Shown one piece after another: positions 20,578 to 30,160 of a DNA stretch of 64,000 nucleotides. The stretch comes from Candidatus Eiseniibacteriota bacterium. GTDB lineage: Bacteria; Eisenbacteria; RBG-16-71-46; DASYSL01. The notes beneath the pieces are model-generated. The model did not search any database and was not told the origin of the DNA. It saw nothing but the letters and a program-made list of their open reading frames with translations. Location of the stretch: contig JBOHUC010000024.1 in the NCBI GenBank assembly GCA_050733935.1, positions 8,750-72,749 on the forward strand. The letters run 5' to 3'. Position 1 is the first letter of the stretch. Each line of letters starts with the position of its first letter. The position numbers and the translations under genes are program-made.

Positions 20578-21401
20578 GAGCCGACCGGATCGCGTTCGCG
20601 GGCGTCGTGACCGTGCTTGTCGCCTGGAGCCTCGGGCCCGCGGTGTGGCAGCTTCTGACCGCGCTCAAGCCGGACAATCAGATCGCGCGCTATCCGGTCG
20701 TCTATCTCCCCCGGCCGGCCACCCTCGAACACTTCTTCGCGCTGTGGAGCCGCAAGCCGTTTGGCGCTTACCTGCTCAACAGCGCGCTCGTGGCGCTCGG
20801 GGCGACCGCGATCTGCCTCGCCGCCGCGTTCCCGGGAGCCGCCGCTCTCGCGCGGATGGCGGGACGCACGCGCGACGCGGTCCTGCTCCTTCTTCTCGGC
20901 CTCGCGCTCTTTCCCCCGGTGCTTCTCCTGTTTCCTCTCTACGAGGGCGTACGCGCGCTCGGATGGATCAACCGGCCGGAGGGGCTCGTTCTCCCGTATG
21001 CGGCGTTCAATCTCCCGCTCGCGGTCTGGGTCCTCGAGAGCGCTTTCCGCTCGCTCCCCCGTGAGCTCGACGAAGCCGGCCGTCTCGACGGGCTTTCGGT
21101 CGTCGGCCGGATCCGAAGGATTCAGGCTCCGCTCGTCGCGCCTTCCGCCGCCACCGCCGCCATTCTCGTGTTCGTGTTCTCGTGGAACGAGTTCATGCTC
21201 GCGCTCACGTTTCTCACGCGCGACACGTCGAAGACGGTGACGGCCGGCATCGCGAGCGTGGGCGGTGCGTCGCTGTACGAGATCGCGTGGGGGCAGTTGT
21301 CGGCGGCGACCGTCTTCGCAACGGTCCCGCTCGTGGTGCTCGTTCTCTTCTTCCAGCGTCGAATCGTCTCGGGACTCACGCGCGGCGGCGTGAAGGGTTG
21401 A
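20574..21401 (+). CDS. Sugar ABC transporter permease (MalG/UgpE-like)
   Basis: GTGA overlap with the previous permease. EAA loop: EAGRLDGLSVVGRIRRIQAPLVAP. Confidence 0.85.
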   Translation: MRADRIAFAGVVTVLVAWSLGPAVWQLLTALKPDNQIARYPVVYLPRPATLEHFFALWSRKPFGAYLLNSALVALGATAICLAAAFPGAAALARMAGRTRDAVLLLLLGLALFPPVLLLFPLYEGVRALGWINRPEGLVLPYAAFNLPLAVWVLESAFRSLPRELDEAGRLDGLSVVGRIRRIQAPLVAPSAATAAILVFVFSWNEFMLALTFLTRDTSKTVTAGIASVGGASLYEIAWGQLSAATVFATVPLVVLVLFFQRRIVSGLTRGGVKG

Positions 21402-21435
21402 GGCTTTCGAGGCCTTCGCGCGACTTCGTCCGGCG

Positions 21436-22041
21436 CTAGCGGGGGTGCCTTCGAAGGCGTGAGAGAAATTCTTCGCGGCGGGCGGGATCGTCCATCGCCC
21501 CGCGGAAGACCGAAGTTTCGACGCGCGCGCGCTTCCGCGCCCCGCGCATCTCCATGCAGAGGTGCCGCGCTTCGAGGAGGACCGCCACGCCGCGGGGTGC
21601 GAGCGCCCGGGTGAGCTCGTCGGCGATCTCCGCCCCCAGGTTCTCCTGGAGCGTGGGACGTCGTGCGCGGTAGTCCACGAGGCGCGCGATCGCGCCGAGT
21701 CCGACGACGGATTGGTCCGGCAGATAAGCGACGTGCGCGCGGCCGAAGAACGGCAGGAGATGGTGCGCGCACATGGCGTGGAACGGCAGGTCGCGCGCGA
21801 GCACGAGCCCGGCGCCCGGATCCGGATTCGGAAACGCGGCGAGGTCGGGAGCCTGTGCCGGGTCGAGACCCGCGAACAGTTCGCTCCACAGCTCGGCCAC
21901 CCGCTCGGGGGTGCCGGTCAGGTTCGCCCCCTCCGCCGGAACTCCGAGGGCGCGCAGCGCCTCGGCCAGAGCTTGTGCCGCCGTCCGAACGTCGACCTTC
22001 GTCACGAGAAGCCCTCCTCGATCGGGAATGGACGGAACCAA
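21436..22041 (-). CDS. folE: GTP cyclohydrolase I
   Basis: HAMCAHHLLPFFGRAHVAYLP matches the FolE active-site segment (CEHH..PF.G..H..Y.P). Confidence 0.85.
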   Translation of the reverse strand: MVPSIPDRGGLLVTKVDVRTAAQALAEALRALGVPAEGANLTGTPERVAELWSELFAGLDPAQAPDLAAFPNPDPGAGLVLARDLPFHAMCAHHLLPFFGRAHVAYLPDQSVVGLGAIARLVDYRARRPTLQENLGAEIADELTRALAPRGVAVLLEARHLCMEMRGARKRARVETSVFRGAMDDPARREEFLSRLRRHPR

Positions 22042-22076
22042 GCTATCACAGGGCTTCGGCAGCCGTGTGCTAGGCT

Positions 22077-22925
22077 TTGACCGTCATGCATCGCGCATTG
22101 CCTGCCCTCCTTCTCGGTGGATCACTGTTCTTTCTTCCGGCCTGCTCGGGCGGATGGCGCAACCTCGCGGAACCCGCGGGCCCGCGCTACGCGGGCTGCT
22201 GCGTCGCGCCGCCCGGCGCCATCGACACGCTCCGCGTCGTCACGTTCAACATCAAGTTCGCGCAGGAAATCGACCGGGCCATTCGGCTCTTCCGCGACAC
22301 GCCGGAGCTCCGGAGCCCGGACATCGTGTTCCTCCAGGAAATGGACGAGCGCGGCGTGAGCAAGCTCGCGCGCGCGCTGGCTTTGAACTACGTGTACTAC
22401 CCGGCCGCCATCAATCTGGGGAAAGGGCGGCTCTTCGGAAACGCCGTCCTCGCGCGCTGGCCGATCGAAAACGACCGGAAGATCCTGCTGCCGCACGGCG
22501 CGCGCTTGAGCGGCCTGCGGCGCATTGCTGTGCGCGCGACCGTGAACGTGAACGGACAATCGCTTCGCCTCTACTCCCTCCATTTCGCGACCGCGTTCGA
22601 GCTCGGCGGCGACGCGCTTCGGGACCAGGCGCTTGCGGTCCTCGAAGACGTTCAGGAGGACGACGAGCCCGCGATCCTGGCCGGCGACCTCAACAGCCTC
22701 GGGCTCCAAAAGGTGCTTGCCGAAGGCGGGCTCGCGTGCGCGACCGGCGGGCTCGGACCCACGACCTATTTGTTCAGCCTCGACCACATCTACCTGAAGG
22801 GGCTCGAGCGCTGCCCCACGGCCGCGGCGGGCGTCATCGCCGAGAACTACGGAGCGAGCGATCATTCCCCGGTCTGGGCGCTCGTCGAGATGCCCCGCGA
22901 CTTCCGATCGAGCGCCGCCCCGTGA
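22077..22925 (+). CDS. Endonuclease/exonuclease/phosphatase (EEP) family lipoprotein
   Basis: Lipobox FFLPAC. EEP motifs: VVTFNIKF, FLQEMD, and the C-terminal SDHSPVWA. Confidence 0.75.
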   Translation: MTVMHRALPALLLGGSLFFLPACSGGWRNLAEPAGPRYAGCCVAPPGAIDTLRVVTFNIKFAQEIDRAIRLFRDTPELRSPDIVFLQEMDERGVSKLARALALNYVYYPAAINLGKGRLFGNAVLARWPIENDRKILLPHGARLSGLRRIAVRATVNVNGQSLRLYSLHFATAFELGGDALRDQALAVLEDVQEDDEPAILAGDLNSLGLQKVLAEGGLACATGGLGPTTYLFSLDHIYLKGLERCPTAAAGVIAENYGASDHSPVWALVEMPRDFRSSAAP

Positions 22926-23650
22926 AGGCTTCCGCCGGCGCTCCGCGCGCCGTCTTCTTCGACGTCGGCGACACGCTGCTCGACACGAGCTCGATGCTCG
23001 ATGCCGCGCTCTTCACCGCGCTCGTTCCGATCGACGCGAAACGGACGATCGAGGACGTGCGCGCCGCGGTGCAGGCCTCCGCAGCGGATTTGCCCGCGCA
23101 ACGCCCGTCCTATCTCGATCCGCGCGAGAACGCAGCCTGGTGGATCGATCGCTACCGGCGGGTGGCGGACGCGCTCGGACTCACGGGAGAGGCGCACGAG
23201 CGGTTCGTCGAGGTCGTGTCGGAGGGCCACTTCGCGGGCGATCCGCTCCGGGTCGTGCCGGAGGCTCCCGCCGCACTCGAACGGCTCACTGCGCGCGGCG
23301 TGCGCCTCGGCGTGATTTCGAACTGGGACGACACGCTCGAGCCGATCCTCGAGCGGAAGGGTCTTCGGAGATACTTCCAGGCTGTCGTGGCCTCCACGCT
23401 GTTCGGAACCGCGAAGCCTTCGCGCGCGATCTTCGATCACGCGCTCAGGATGCTGGGCGTTCCTGCGGAAGAGGCGTGGCACGTCGGAGACGATCCGCGC
23501 GCGGATGCTCTCGGGGCGCTCGAAGCGGGGCTCTCAGCGGTGCTGCTCGATCCGTACGGTCTCTATCCGGGGGTCGAAGCGGCGGGGGCACGCCGCGCGC
23601 GCAACTTGACCGAGGCCGTTGATCACATCCTGAACGGAAGTCCCGCTTGA
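22922..23650 (+). CDS. HAD superfamily hydrolase
   Basis: GTGA overlap. HAD motif I (VFFDVGDTLLD) near the N-terminus, a motif II Ser/Thr, and motif III/IV (K ... GDD). Confidence 0.75.
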   Translation: MKASAGAPRAVFFDVGDTLLDTSSMLDAALFTALVPIDAKRTIEDVRAAVQASAADLPAQRPSYLDPRENAAWWIDRYRRVADALGLTGEAHERFVEVVSEGHFAGDPLRVVPEAPAALERLTARGVRLGVISNWDDTLEPILERKGLRRYFQAVVASTLFGTAKPSRAIFDHALRMLGVPAEEAWHVGDDPRADALGALEAGLSAVLLDPYGLYPGVEAAGARRARNLTEAVDHILNGSPA

Positions 23651-24480
23651 AGCACGATCATCATCATCGTGCGACGTCGAACCCGGCGGATCCGTGGGAG
23701 GTTTCGACGGGCGAGAGCGAAGCGTTCGTGCGGCGCGCATGGAACGCGTGGAGCGCGGACGGAGGCAACTCTCAGGACGGCTCCGGGGGCTCCCGCCGAC
23801 GCCCGCGACTCCTCGACGTCGGCGCCGGAGCGGGACGGCTCGCGGCGGCGCTCGTGCGCGCCGGATTCGACGTGGCCGCGCTCGAGCCGGAGCCGGAGAC
23901 GGCGGCGGCCGCACGCGCCCGCGGGCTCGAAGTCCTCGAGACCGACGTCACGGAATGGACGCGGCCCGCGCCGGAAACCGGGGAAACTCCCTTCGACTGC
24001 ATTCTGTTCGCGCGCTCGCTCCACCACATCCCGGATCTCGAACGCGCGCTCACGATCGTTCGCGATGCGCTGAAGCCCGGGGGCCTCGTCGTGCTCGAGG
24101 AGTTCACACACGACGAAGCCGACGAGCCGACCGCGCGCTGGTATTTCGAGCGATTCGATGCCGGGGTGCGGGAGGGGTTTCTTCGCCCGCCCGACGACGA
24201 AGAGCCTTTGACGGCGACCGGCCTCGCGCGCTGGCGTTCGGTCTTCGATCACGATCCCCCGCTCCACGGGGGACAGACGCTGCTCGATGCGCTCGCGCGG
24301 ATCATTGCGCCGCCGGTCCTGGTCGAGCGCGCACCCTATCTCTATCGCTGGTTCGAGGAGCGGTCGCTTGTGCCCGATCCCGCGCGCGTGCGTTCCGTTC
24401 TGAGCGAGGAGAAGGAAGCCGTGGCGGGGGGAATTCTCAGGCCCGTCGGGCTACGAGCGGTCGCCGTCCGTCCGGCTTGA
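23647..24480 (+). CDS. Class I SAM-dependent methyltransferase
   Basis: Motif I (LLDVGAGAGRLAAAL). A TTG start overlaps the HAD stop, so the true start is uncertain. Confidence 0.65.
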   Translation: MKHDHHHRATSNPADPWEVSTGESEAFVRRAWNAWSADGGNSQDGSGGSRRRPRLLDVGAGAGRLAAALVRAGFDVAALEPEPETAAAARARGLEVLETDVTEWTRPAPETGETPFDCILFARSLHHIPDLERALTIVRDALKPGGLVVLEEFTHDEADEPTARWYFERFDAGVREGFLRPPDDEEPLTATGLARWRSVFDHDPPLHGGQTLLDALARIIAPPVLVERAPYLYRWFEERSLVPDPARVRSVLSEEKEAVAGGILRPVGLRAVAVRPA

Positions 24481-24972
24481 GGGCGTGCCCCCCGGGACGT
24501 ATCCGCGCACGGGCCGCATCTCCATCCAGCTCCAGGGATGCTCGAGCGGAGTGAAGCCGGTCTTCTCGTACAGGCCTTGCGCGTCGCGCGTCGCGAGGAT
24601 CCAGCGCCGGAAGCCCTGCAATGCCGGGTGCGTCACGATCGTCTCCATGAGCCACTTCGAGAGACCGCGGCCGCGATGTTCCGGGGCGACGAACACGTCG
24701 CCCACGTAGGCGAACGTCGCGTAATCCGTGATGACGCGCGCGAACCCGACCTGCTCGTCGCCGCGGTAGATCCCGAACGGCATCGAGTGTTCGATCGAAC
24801 GGCGCATCGTCTCGAACGGAATCTGGGTCGCCCAGTACGAGGATTCGGCCAGAAAGCCGTGGACGACTTCGAGGTCGAGCCGCGCGCGATCCGTGCTGAT
24901 CGCGTACTCGCCGCGCTGCCAATCAAGAGGATCCGAACTCGGGGGTGTGCTGGCGCGCGTCTCGTCGTTCAC
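24451..24972 (-). CDS. GNAT family N-acetyltransferase
   Basis: HRGRGLSKWLM motif A and a typical ~170 aa length. Confidence 0.75.
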   Translation of the reverse strand: MNDETRASTPPSSDPLDWQRGEYAISTDRARLDLEVVHGFLAESSYWATQIPFETMRRSIEHSMPFGIYRGDEQVGFARVITDYATFAYVGDVFVAPEHRGRGLSKWLMETIVTHPALQGFRRWILATRDAQGLYEKTGFTPLEHPWSWMEMRPVRGYVPGGTPSSRTDGDRS

Positions 24973-25004
24973 TCACGAATCTCCTGCGGCCGCCGACCGC
25001 GCCG

Positions 25005-25961
25005 TCAGTTGACGCGAGTGACCGCTCCGAGCAGGTACATGTCGCCCGTCGGCTGGGAAACTCCGCCCGCGGGCTCGAGCGTGACCGCGAACGCTCCGAT
25101 GCGTTGCGGCTCGGGCACCTCGGGCAGGACGTGCGTTGCGCGTCCTTGTTCGTCGACCGGGAAGACTCCCTCGCTCTTCGGCGTCTGACCTTCGATCACC
25201 CAGAGCTGGTAGTCCTTGCCGGCCGGCGGACGCGGCAATCCGTACGCGTAGAACACGGCCTTCTTTTCCTCCGGCGACCAGAGCACCCGCGCCTGGCTCG
25301 AAGGCGAAGGCTTCAGACCGCCGAGCGCGACGATGCGCAGTCTCGGCGAGTGAACGACGTCCATGACGCGCGCGAGCTCCTGGTTCTCGAGCGTGACGCG
25401 TTCGAGGTCGGCACGCACGAGAGCGAGCTGACCCTGGAGCCTGTACGCATAAACACCGGAGAGCGAGGCCGCCAGGATGCCGGCGAATGCAAGAGCGGGA
25501 GAGATCCTTTGCCAGAATCCGGGCTTCGGAGAAGGGGTCGCCTCGACCTTCCTCGGCGGCCATGGCGCAGGAGAAGGCTCGTAGGTCGGCTTGATCTCGG
25601 GCACGCCGGGACGCCACGGCATGCCCGGAACGTGTCGCTTCGCCCCGTCTTTCGCATCCGCGCGCCGGTCGGTGGCGGTTCCACTGATCGCCGTGTCGAG
25701 AGCGGTCTTCTCCGCGCGGGCGACTTCCGCCGCGAGGTCCGCTTCGACGGCCGCGAGCACGCGGTCGCGCAGCGCGGCCGGCACGGGAGTCACCGCAACC
25801 GAATACGCGAGCGCATCTCCGACCGCGTCCATGCCCGCGAGCTCCCGCTCGCACGTCGCACAGCCGGAAGCCAGGTGGCGCTCGAACTGCTCGAGCTCCT
25901 CGCCTTCCAGCAGGCCGAGTGCGTAGTCGGGTGCAAGCTCGGTGAAGCGATCCTCGTTCAC
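25005..25961 (-). CDS. Anti-sigma factor with an N-terminal zinc-finger and a C-terminal RskA-like domain
   Basis: HLASGCATCE (HxxxCxxC), a TM segment, and a C-terminal anti-sigma-K-like region. The stop overlaps the start of the sigma gene at 25958-25961. Confidence 0.75.
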   Translation of the reverse strand: MNEDRFTELAPDYALGLLEGEELEQFERHLASGCATCERELAGMDAVGDALAYSVAVTPVPAALRDRVLAAVEADLAAEVARAEKTALDTAISGTATDRRADAKDGAKRHVPGMPWRPGVPEIKPTYEPSPAPWPPRKVEATPSPKPGFWQRISPALAFAGILAASLSGVYAYRLQGQLALVRADLERVTLENQELARVMDVVHSPRLRIVALGGLKPSPSSQARVLWSPEEKKAVFYAYGLPRPPAGKDYQLWVIEGQTPKSEGVFPVDEQGRATHVLPEVPEPQRIGAFAVTLEPAGGVSQPTGDMYLLGAVTRVN

Positions 25962-26671
25962 GTGCGATCGTCCTCCGGTTGCGCGAGCATCCCCGCTTCG
26001 GCGAACTCCCCGAGCATGTCCCGAAGCCGGATCATGCCCTGCCGGATGCGCGCCTTGATCGTGCCCAGAGGCGCCTCCAGCTTCTCCGCGATTTCCGAGT
26101 GACTCAACCCTCCGAAGTACGCCATCTCGAGGGCCGTGCGTTGCGCCTCCGGCAGGACTCCGAGGGCCCGGGCGACCGCGTTTCGCAGCTCGCCCACGTA
26201 GGCGGTTTCGTTCGGATCCAGCTGCTTCGGCGCGACATCGGCCTGGCGCTCGACTTCATAGGCATCGCTCGTCTTCGACTGCGTGCGCCGGGCGCGAATG
26301 CGATCGATCGCGCGGTTGCGCGCGAGCGAGACGAGCCACCCCAGGAACGCGCCGCGTTCCGCATCGAAGAGCTCCGCCCGGCGCCACAGGTGCAGAAACA
26401 CGTCCTGTGTCAGGTCCTCGGCTTCGGTCGCATCGCGCAGGATGCGGAGACCAAGGCCGTAGACCATGCTCGAGTGCCGGTCGTAGAGCGCTCGAAGGGC
26501 ATTCGAATCGCGCTGCCGGACGCGGACCATGAGGTCGGCGTCATGCGCGTTCGACTCGTTTGCGAGCTGGCGGGCGGGTGCGGGCGTCAAGCGTTCCTCG
26601 TGGAAGCCCCGGCGTGCGGGGGTGGACCGACGGCCGCCTCGTGCAACCGTCCGTCCCCAAGGCTCGCTCAA
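25958..26671 (-). CDS. ECF sigma factor
   Basis: DADLMVRVRQRDSNALRALYDRH (region 2) and region 4 (AYFGGLSHSEIAEKLEAPLGTIKARIRQGM). The start could be internal. Confidence 0.8.
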   Translation of the reverse strand: MSEPWGRTVARGGRRSTPARRGFHEERLTPAPARQLANESNAHDADLMVRVRQRDSNALRALYDRHSSMVYGLGLRILRDATEAEDLTQDVFLHLWRRAELFDAERGAFLGWLVSLARNRAIDRIRARRTQSKTSDAYEVERQADVAPKQLDPNETAYVGELRNAVARALGVLPEAQRTALEMAYFGGLSHSEIAEKLEAPLGTIKARIRQGMIRLRDMLGEFAEAGMLAQPEDDRT

Positions 26672-26866
26672 TGTACCCTCGACGTCCGTTAGGCCGCAAG
26701 CCGAGGGGGGTTCGAGCCGCGTTCATGTTTCAATACGGACGCGGGACGCTGCCGGATGGGTCGCGGGTCGTCCAAACGGTGCCGGCGGTCGCCTGTGCTA
26801 TGCTCCGCGCGCCTTTACCAGCCAAGGGGCCCTTGCCCAGGGTCCCTTTGCCTTGACCAGGACCCC

Positions 26867-28732
26867 ATGGAGGAGTCCTTGGGCACTCCCGCCAAATCGA
26901 CCGGGAACGATCTCCGTCAACTCGGCTGGCTTCTCGCCTGGGCCGTCGTCTTCTGCGACATCGGCACCAGCGTCTACTACGTGCCGGGCATTCTCTACGG
27001 CGACGTCGGCGACCTGGCCCCGGTCTTCGTCGCGCTCACGACGATCGGATTCATCCTGCTCGCCACGAAGTACGTCGAAGTGTCGTGGCGGAATCCCGAG
27101 GGCGGCGGTGTCGTCACGGTCGCCACCAAGGCGTTCAGCCCGTTCGTCGGCGCGATCGGCGGCATGCTCATCATCGTGGATTACTTCCTCACGTCCGCGA
27201 TCTCCTCCGTCAGCGCGTGGCAGTACATCGGCTCGGTCCTTCCGTTCTTCAGCCAGCATGTCGAGCTCATGGCCGGGCTCGGGCTCGTCTTCCTCGCGCT
27301 CATCAACATCGTCGGGATCAAGGAAAGCGCGACCCTCGCGCTCTACATGGCGGCCGCCTCGTTCGGCGTGAACCTGATCGTCTTGGGCGTCGTCGCGGTC
27401 AATCTCACCCCCGAGCAGTGGGCGTTCGCGCTCGAGCAGACGCGCGCGGTCCGGTCCATTCCCGCTCAGTCCGCGCTCATCGGCTTCGCAGGTGCCTGGC
27501 TCGCGTTCTCGGGGCTCGAGAGCATCAGCCAGCTCTCGCCCGCGATGCGCCACCCGATCCGGTCGACCGCAAGCCGCGCGATGCTCCTCGTCGTGCTGAC
27601 GATGGCCGTCACGTCTCCTCCGCTCACGACCCTGGCGGTCGCGGGTCTCGACGAGATCACGAAGCAGGCGAGCAAGGAGTACTTCATCTCCGAGCTCGGG
27701 CGCATCTACGGCGGCCCGTGGCTCGCGTGGAGTGTCGTGATCTCCGCCTCGGCGCTCCTTCTCTTCGCCGCGAACACCGCGTTGATCGGCGGCTATCACG
27801 TGTTCCTCGCACTCTCGCGCGCCGAATACCTGCCGTCCGCGCTCGCAAAGCGGAACCGCATCTTCGGAACCCCCCACATCGGAATCATCCTGTTCACGGT
27901 CGTCACGTTTGCGATCGTGCACGCGACGCAGGGCCGGCTCGAGATGCTCGGCCACATGTATTCGTTCGGGCTCCTGGGCGCGTTCACGTTCACGTCCGCC
28001 GGGCTCGACGTGATCCGATGGCGCGAGGGCCAGCGCGGCCCGGTGTTCTGGGTCGGGCTCGTGACGACCGCGATGGTCGCGACTGCCTGGGGCGTGAACA
28101 TCATCTTCAAGCCGCAGGCGACCCTGTTTGGCGGCGGCGTGGTCCTGCTCGGTGTCCTGATCGCAGTCGGCATCCGAAAGGACTGGGCGATCCGAATGCT
28201 GAACCAGCTCCCGTGGGTCGCGAGCGAAGCCGCGCGGCAGCGGACGCGCGCGGAGGACATCTGGGAGCGCCGGAGTCGCGAGATCGTCTCGCTCGAGACT
28301 GCGATCGAAGCGTCACAGATCGAGCCGTCGAGGACGCTCGTCGCGATTCGCGATTCGAACCCGCGCCTCATCGACGAGGCGATCCTCCGGGCCAAGGGCA
28401 TCGGCGACACCGCCATCTTCGTGCTCGCGGTGACCGAGTGGCCGGGGTTGTTCTCGGGCGAGCAGCTCCAGCCCGAACCGCGGTTGCTCGAGGCGATCGA
28501 CGACGCGGCCGACCGCATTCGTGCGGCGGGGCTCACGCCGATCGCGGTCTGGCGACTGTCGCACGATGCAGCGCGCTCGATCGCCGACGCCGCGCGCCAG
28601 CTCGAAGTGAACGCGGTCATGGTCGGAGTGAGCCAGCGCTCGCAGCTCGTCCACATGCTCCGCGGGTCGGTGTTGAAGGGCCTGCACCGGCTCCTCCCCG
28701 GAGACCGGATCCTCATTCACACGGTCGGCTAG
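26867..28732 (+). CDS. APC family amino acid/polyamine permease fused to a C-terminal UspA domain
   Basis: 12-TM APC-like core. The C-terminal ~140 aa are Usp-like (TAIFVLAV ... NAVMVGVSQRSQL ... GSVL). Confidence 0.8.
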   Translation: MEESLGTPAKSTGNDLRQLGWLLAWAVVFCDIGTSVYYVPGILYGDVGDLAPVFVALTTIGFILLATKYVEVSWRNPEGGGVVTVATKAFSPFVGAIGGMLIIVDYFLTSAISSVSAWQYIGSVLPFFSQHVELMAGLGLVFLALINIVGIKESATLALYMAAASFGVNLIVLGVVAVNLTPEQWAFALEQTRAVRSIPAQSALIGFAGAWLAFSGLESISQLSPAMRHPIRSTASRAMLLVVLTMAVTSPPLTTLAVAGLDEITKQASKEYFISELGRIYGGPWLAWSVVISASALLLFAANTALIGGYHVFLALSRAEYLPSALAKRNRIFGTPHIGIILFTVVTFAIVHATQGRLEMLGHMYSFGLLGAFTFTSAGLDVIRWREGQRGPVFWVGLVTTAMVATAWGVNIIFKPQATLFGGGVVLLGVLIAVGIRKDWAIRMLNQLPWVASEAARQRTRAEDIWERRSREIVSLETAIEASQIEPSRTLVAIRDSNPRLIDEAILRAKGIGDTAIFVLAVTEWPGLFSGEQLQPEPRLLEAIDDAADRIRAAGLTPIAVWRLSHDAARSIADAARQLEVNAVMVGVSQRSQLVHMLRGSVLKGLHRLLPGDRILIHTVG

Positions 28733-28741
28733 GTCCGCCTG

Positions 28742-29383
28742 ATGAGCGACACCTCGTCGGTCGCGCTCCCCGCGCTCGTCGATCTCGGCGCGGTGTTCGT
28801 GAGCGCGCTCTCGGGGGCGCTGTTCGCGCAGAGCAAGCGCATGGATCTCGCCGGGCTTGCCGGGCTTGCGATCGTGACCGGGCTCGGCGGAGGAATGATC
28901 CGCGACGTGCTCCTGCAACGCGGGCTTCCTGCGGCCCTCGCCGACGCGCGCTACCTCGTGACCGCGCTTGCCGGAGCGCTTGCGGTGCTCGCGTTCGGAG
29001 CGCTGGTCGCGCGCGCCGCTCGTGCGCTTCTCGTCGTGGATGCGCTGAGCCTCGGCGTGTACGGGGTCGTCGGCACGCTCAAGGCGGTCTCGTTCGGGCT
29101 TTCGTTCGTGCCGGCCGTGTTCCTGGGCGTGATTACCGCGGTGGGCGGCGGTGTGTTGCGCGATGCGCTCGCGGGCGAGATCCCCGCGATCTTCAAGCCC
29201 GGCGAGCTCTACGCCGTTCCGGCCGTATTCGGCTGCGCGATCCTCGTCCTTCTTCTGGACGCGGGCTGGAGCCAGGTCGCCGCCGGAGCAGCGGGCTTCG
29301 TCGCGATCGTCGTCTTCCGCCTCCTGTCGCTTCAGTTCGGCTGGCGGACGCGCGCCGCAGGCGCGTCCGGCCCCGGGACTTGA
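28742..29383 (+). CDS. UPF0126 (YadS/TRIC-like) membrane protein
   Basis: Duplicated GGGMIRDVLL / GGGVLRDAL motifs. Confidence 0.75.
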   Translation: MSDTSSVALPALVDLGAVFVSALSGALFAQSKRMDLAGLAGLAIVTGLGGGMIRDVLLQRGLPAALADARYLVTALAGALAVLAFGALVARAARALLVVDALSLGVYGVVGTLKAVSFGLSFVPAVFLGVITAVGGGVLRDALAGEIPAIFKPGELYAVPAVFGCAILVLLLDAGWSQVAAGAAGFVAIVVFRLLSLQFGWRTRAAGASGPGT

Positions 29384-29493
29384 CCGGAGACCTGAGCGGG
29401 AACGGCCGCTGCCGCTCCCCTGTTCGTGCAATGCTCGCAAAGTTTCGTCGCCGATCCGCATCGTAAGACCTGAAGACCAGGAGCTCTCCCGCC

Positions 29494-29976
29494 ATGAGCG
29501 AAGTCCGCATTTTCCTCCGTCACACGGTCGCCACGCTCGCCTACCGGGGCGGCAAGGCCACACGCGGCGCCACTTCTGAGTTCGGCAGCTTCAAGGTGGG
29601 GCCCACGACACGCACGCCGCGCGAGATCGTGGCGCACGTCGGCGATCTCCTCGAATGGGCTCTGACGATGGCGCAGGGTCAGGAGAAGTGGGTGCGCGCG
29701 ACGCCGGTCTCGTGGGAGGGCGAGGTCCAGCGCTTTCACCGCTGCCTGCAGGCGTTCGACGCCTACCTCGAGTCGGGCGAGCCTCTCAACGTGAGTGTCG
29801 AGCGGCTATTCCAGGGACCCATCGCCGACGCTCTCACGCACGTCGGGCAGGTCGCGATGCTCCGGCGTCTCGCCGAGGAGCCGATGAAGGGCGAGAACTA
29901 TGCGCGGGCACAGATCGAAAGCGGACGCGTCGGGCCGGATCAAGTCCCCGCCGAGCCGAAGAACGAATTCGACTGA
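29494..29976 (+). CDS. DinB superfamily protein
   Basis: His-Asp-His triad spacing typical of DinB_2 (EIVAHVGDLLEW ... DALTHVGQVAMLRR). Confidence 0.6.
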   Translation: MSEVRIFLRHTVATLAYRGGKATRGATSEFGSFKVGPTTRTPREIVAHVGDLLEWALTMAQGQEKWVRATPVSWEGEVQRFHRCLQAFDAYLESGEPLNVSVERLFQGPIADALTHVGQVAMLRRLAEEPMKGENYARAQIESGRVGPDQVPAEPKNEFD

Positions 29977-30016
29977 ACCTGGGGTGCGGCAGGTTGTCCG
30001 GCCGATGTGCCGCGAG

Positions 30017-30141
30017 ACTCGCCCGGGTAACTTGCCCCGGGGCAACGTTGACATAACGAACGATGAACTCGCTCTGGAGCGAATTCATCAACGGTGTTGA
30101 TCGCCGCCAGGAGCCCGTGAACTTGCCCCGGCGTGTTGAGG
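30017..30141. repeat. Two copies of the palindromic repeat AACTTGCCCCGGGGCAAGTT in a convergent intergenic region
   Basis: GTAACTTGCCCCGGGGCAACGTTGAC and GTGAACTTGCCCCGGCGTGTTGAG. The same palindrome occurs three times at 53505-53625. Confidence 0.6.
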
Positions 30142-30160
30142 GGAACACCGCCCGAGCCCC

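Noticed and set aside
21401-21436. GC-rich inverted repeats after permease 2 as a possible terminator.
   Set aside because: No U-tract on either strand. It is kept only as a possible hairpin between convergent genes.
21773-22921. The long N-terminal part of ORF 21773-23650.
   Set aside because: Only the C-terminal HAD-like portion, from the GTG at 22922, is protein-like. The upstream part overlaps FolE antisense and the EEP gene in another frame.
26681-26720. GGGGGGTTCGAGCC, tRNA-like.
   Set aside because: No cloverleaf is possible. It is the divergent promoter region between the ECF sigma and APC permease genes.
30017-30141. A possible CRISPR array, considered because of repeated palindromes.
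   Set aside because: Only two or three copies, irregular spacing, one locus inside a coding sequence, and no cas1/cas2. It behaves like a REP-like palindrome.
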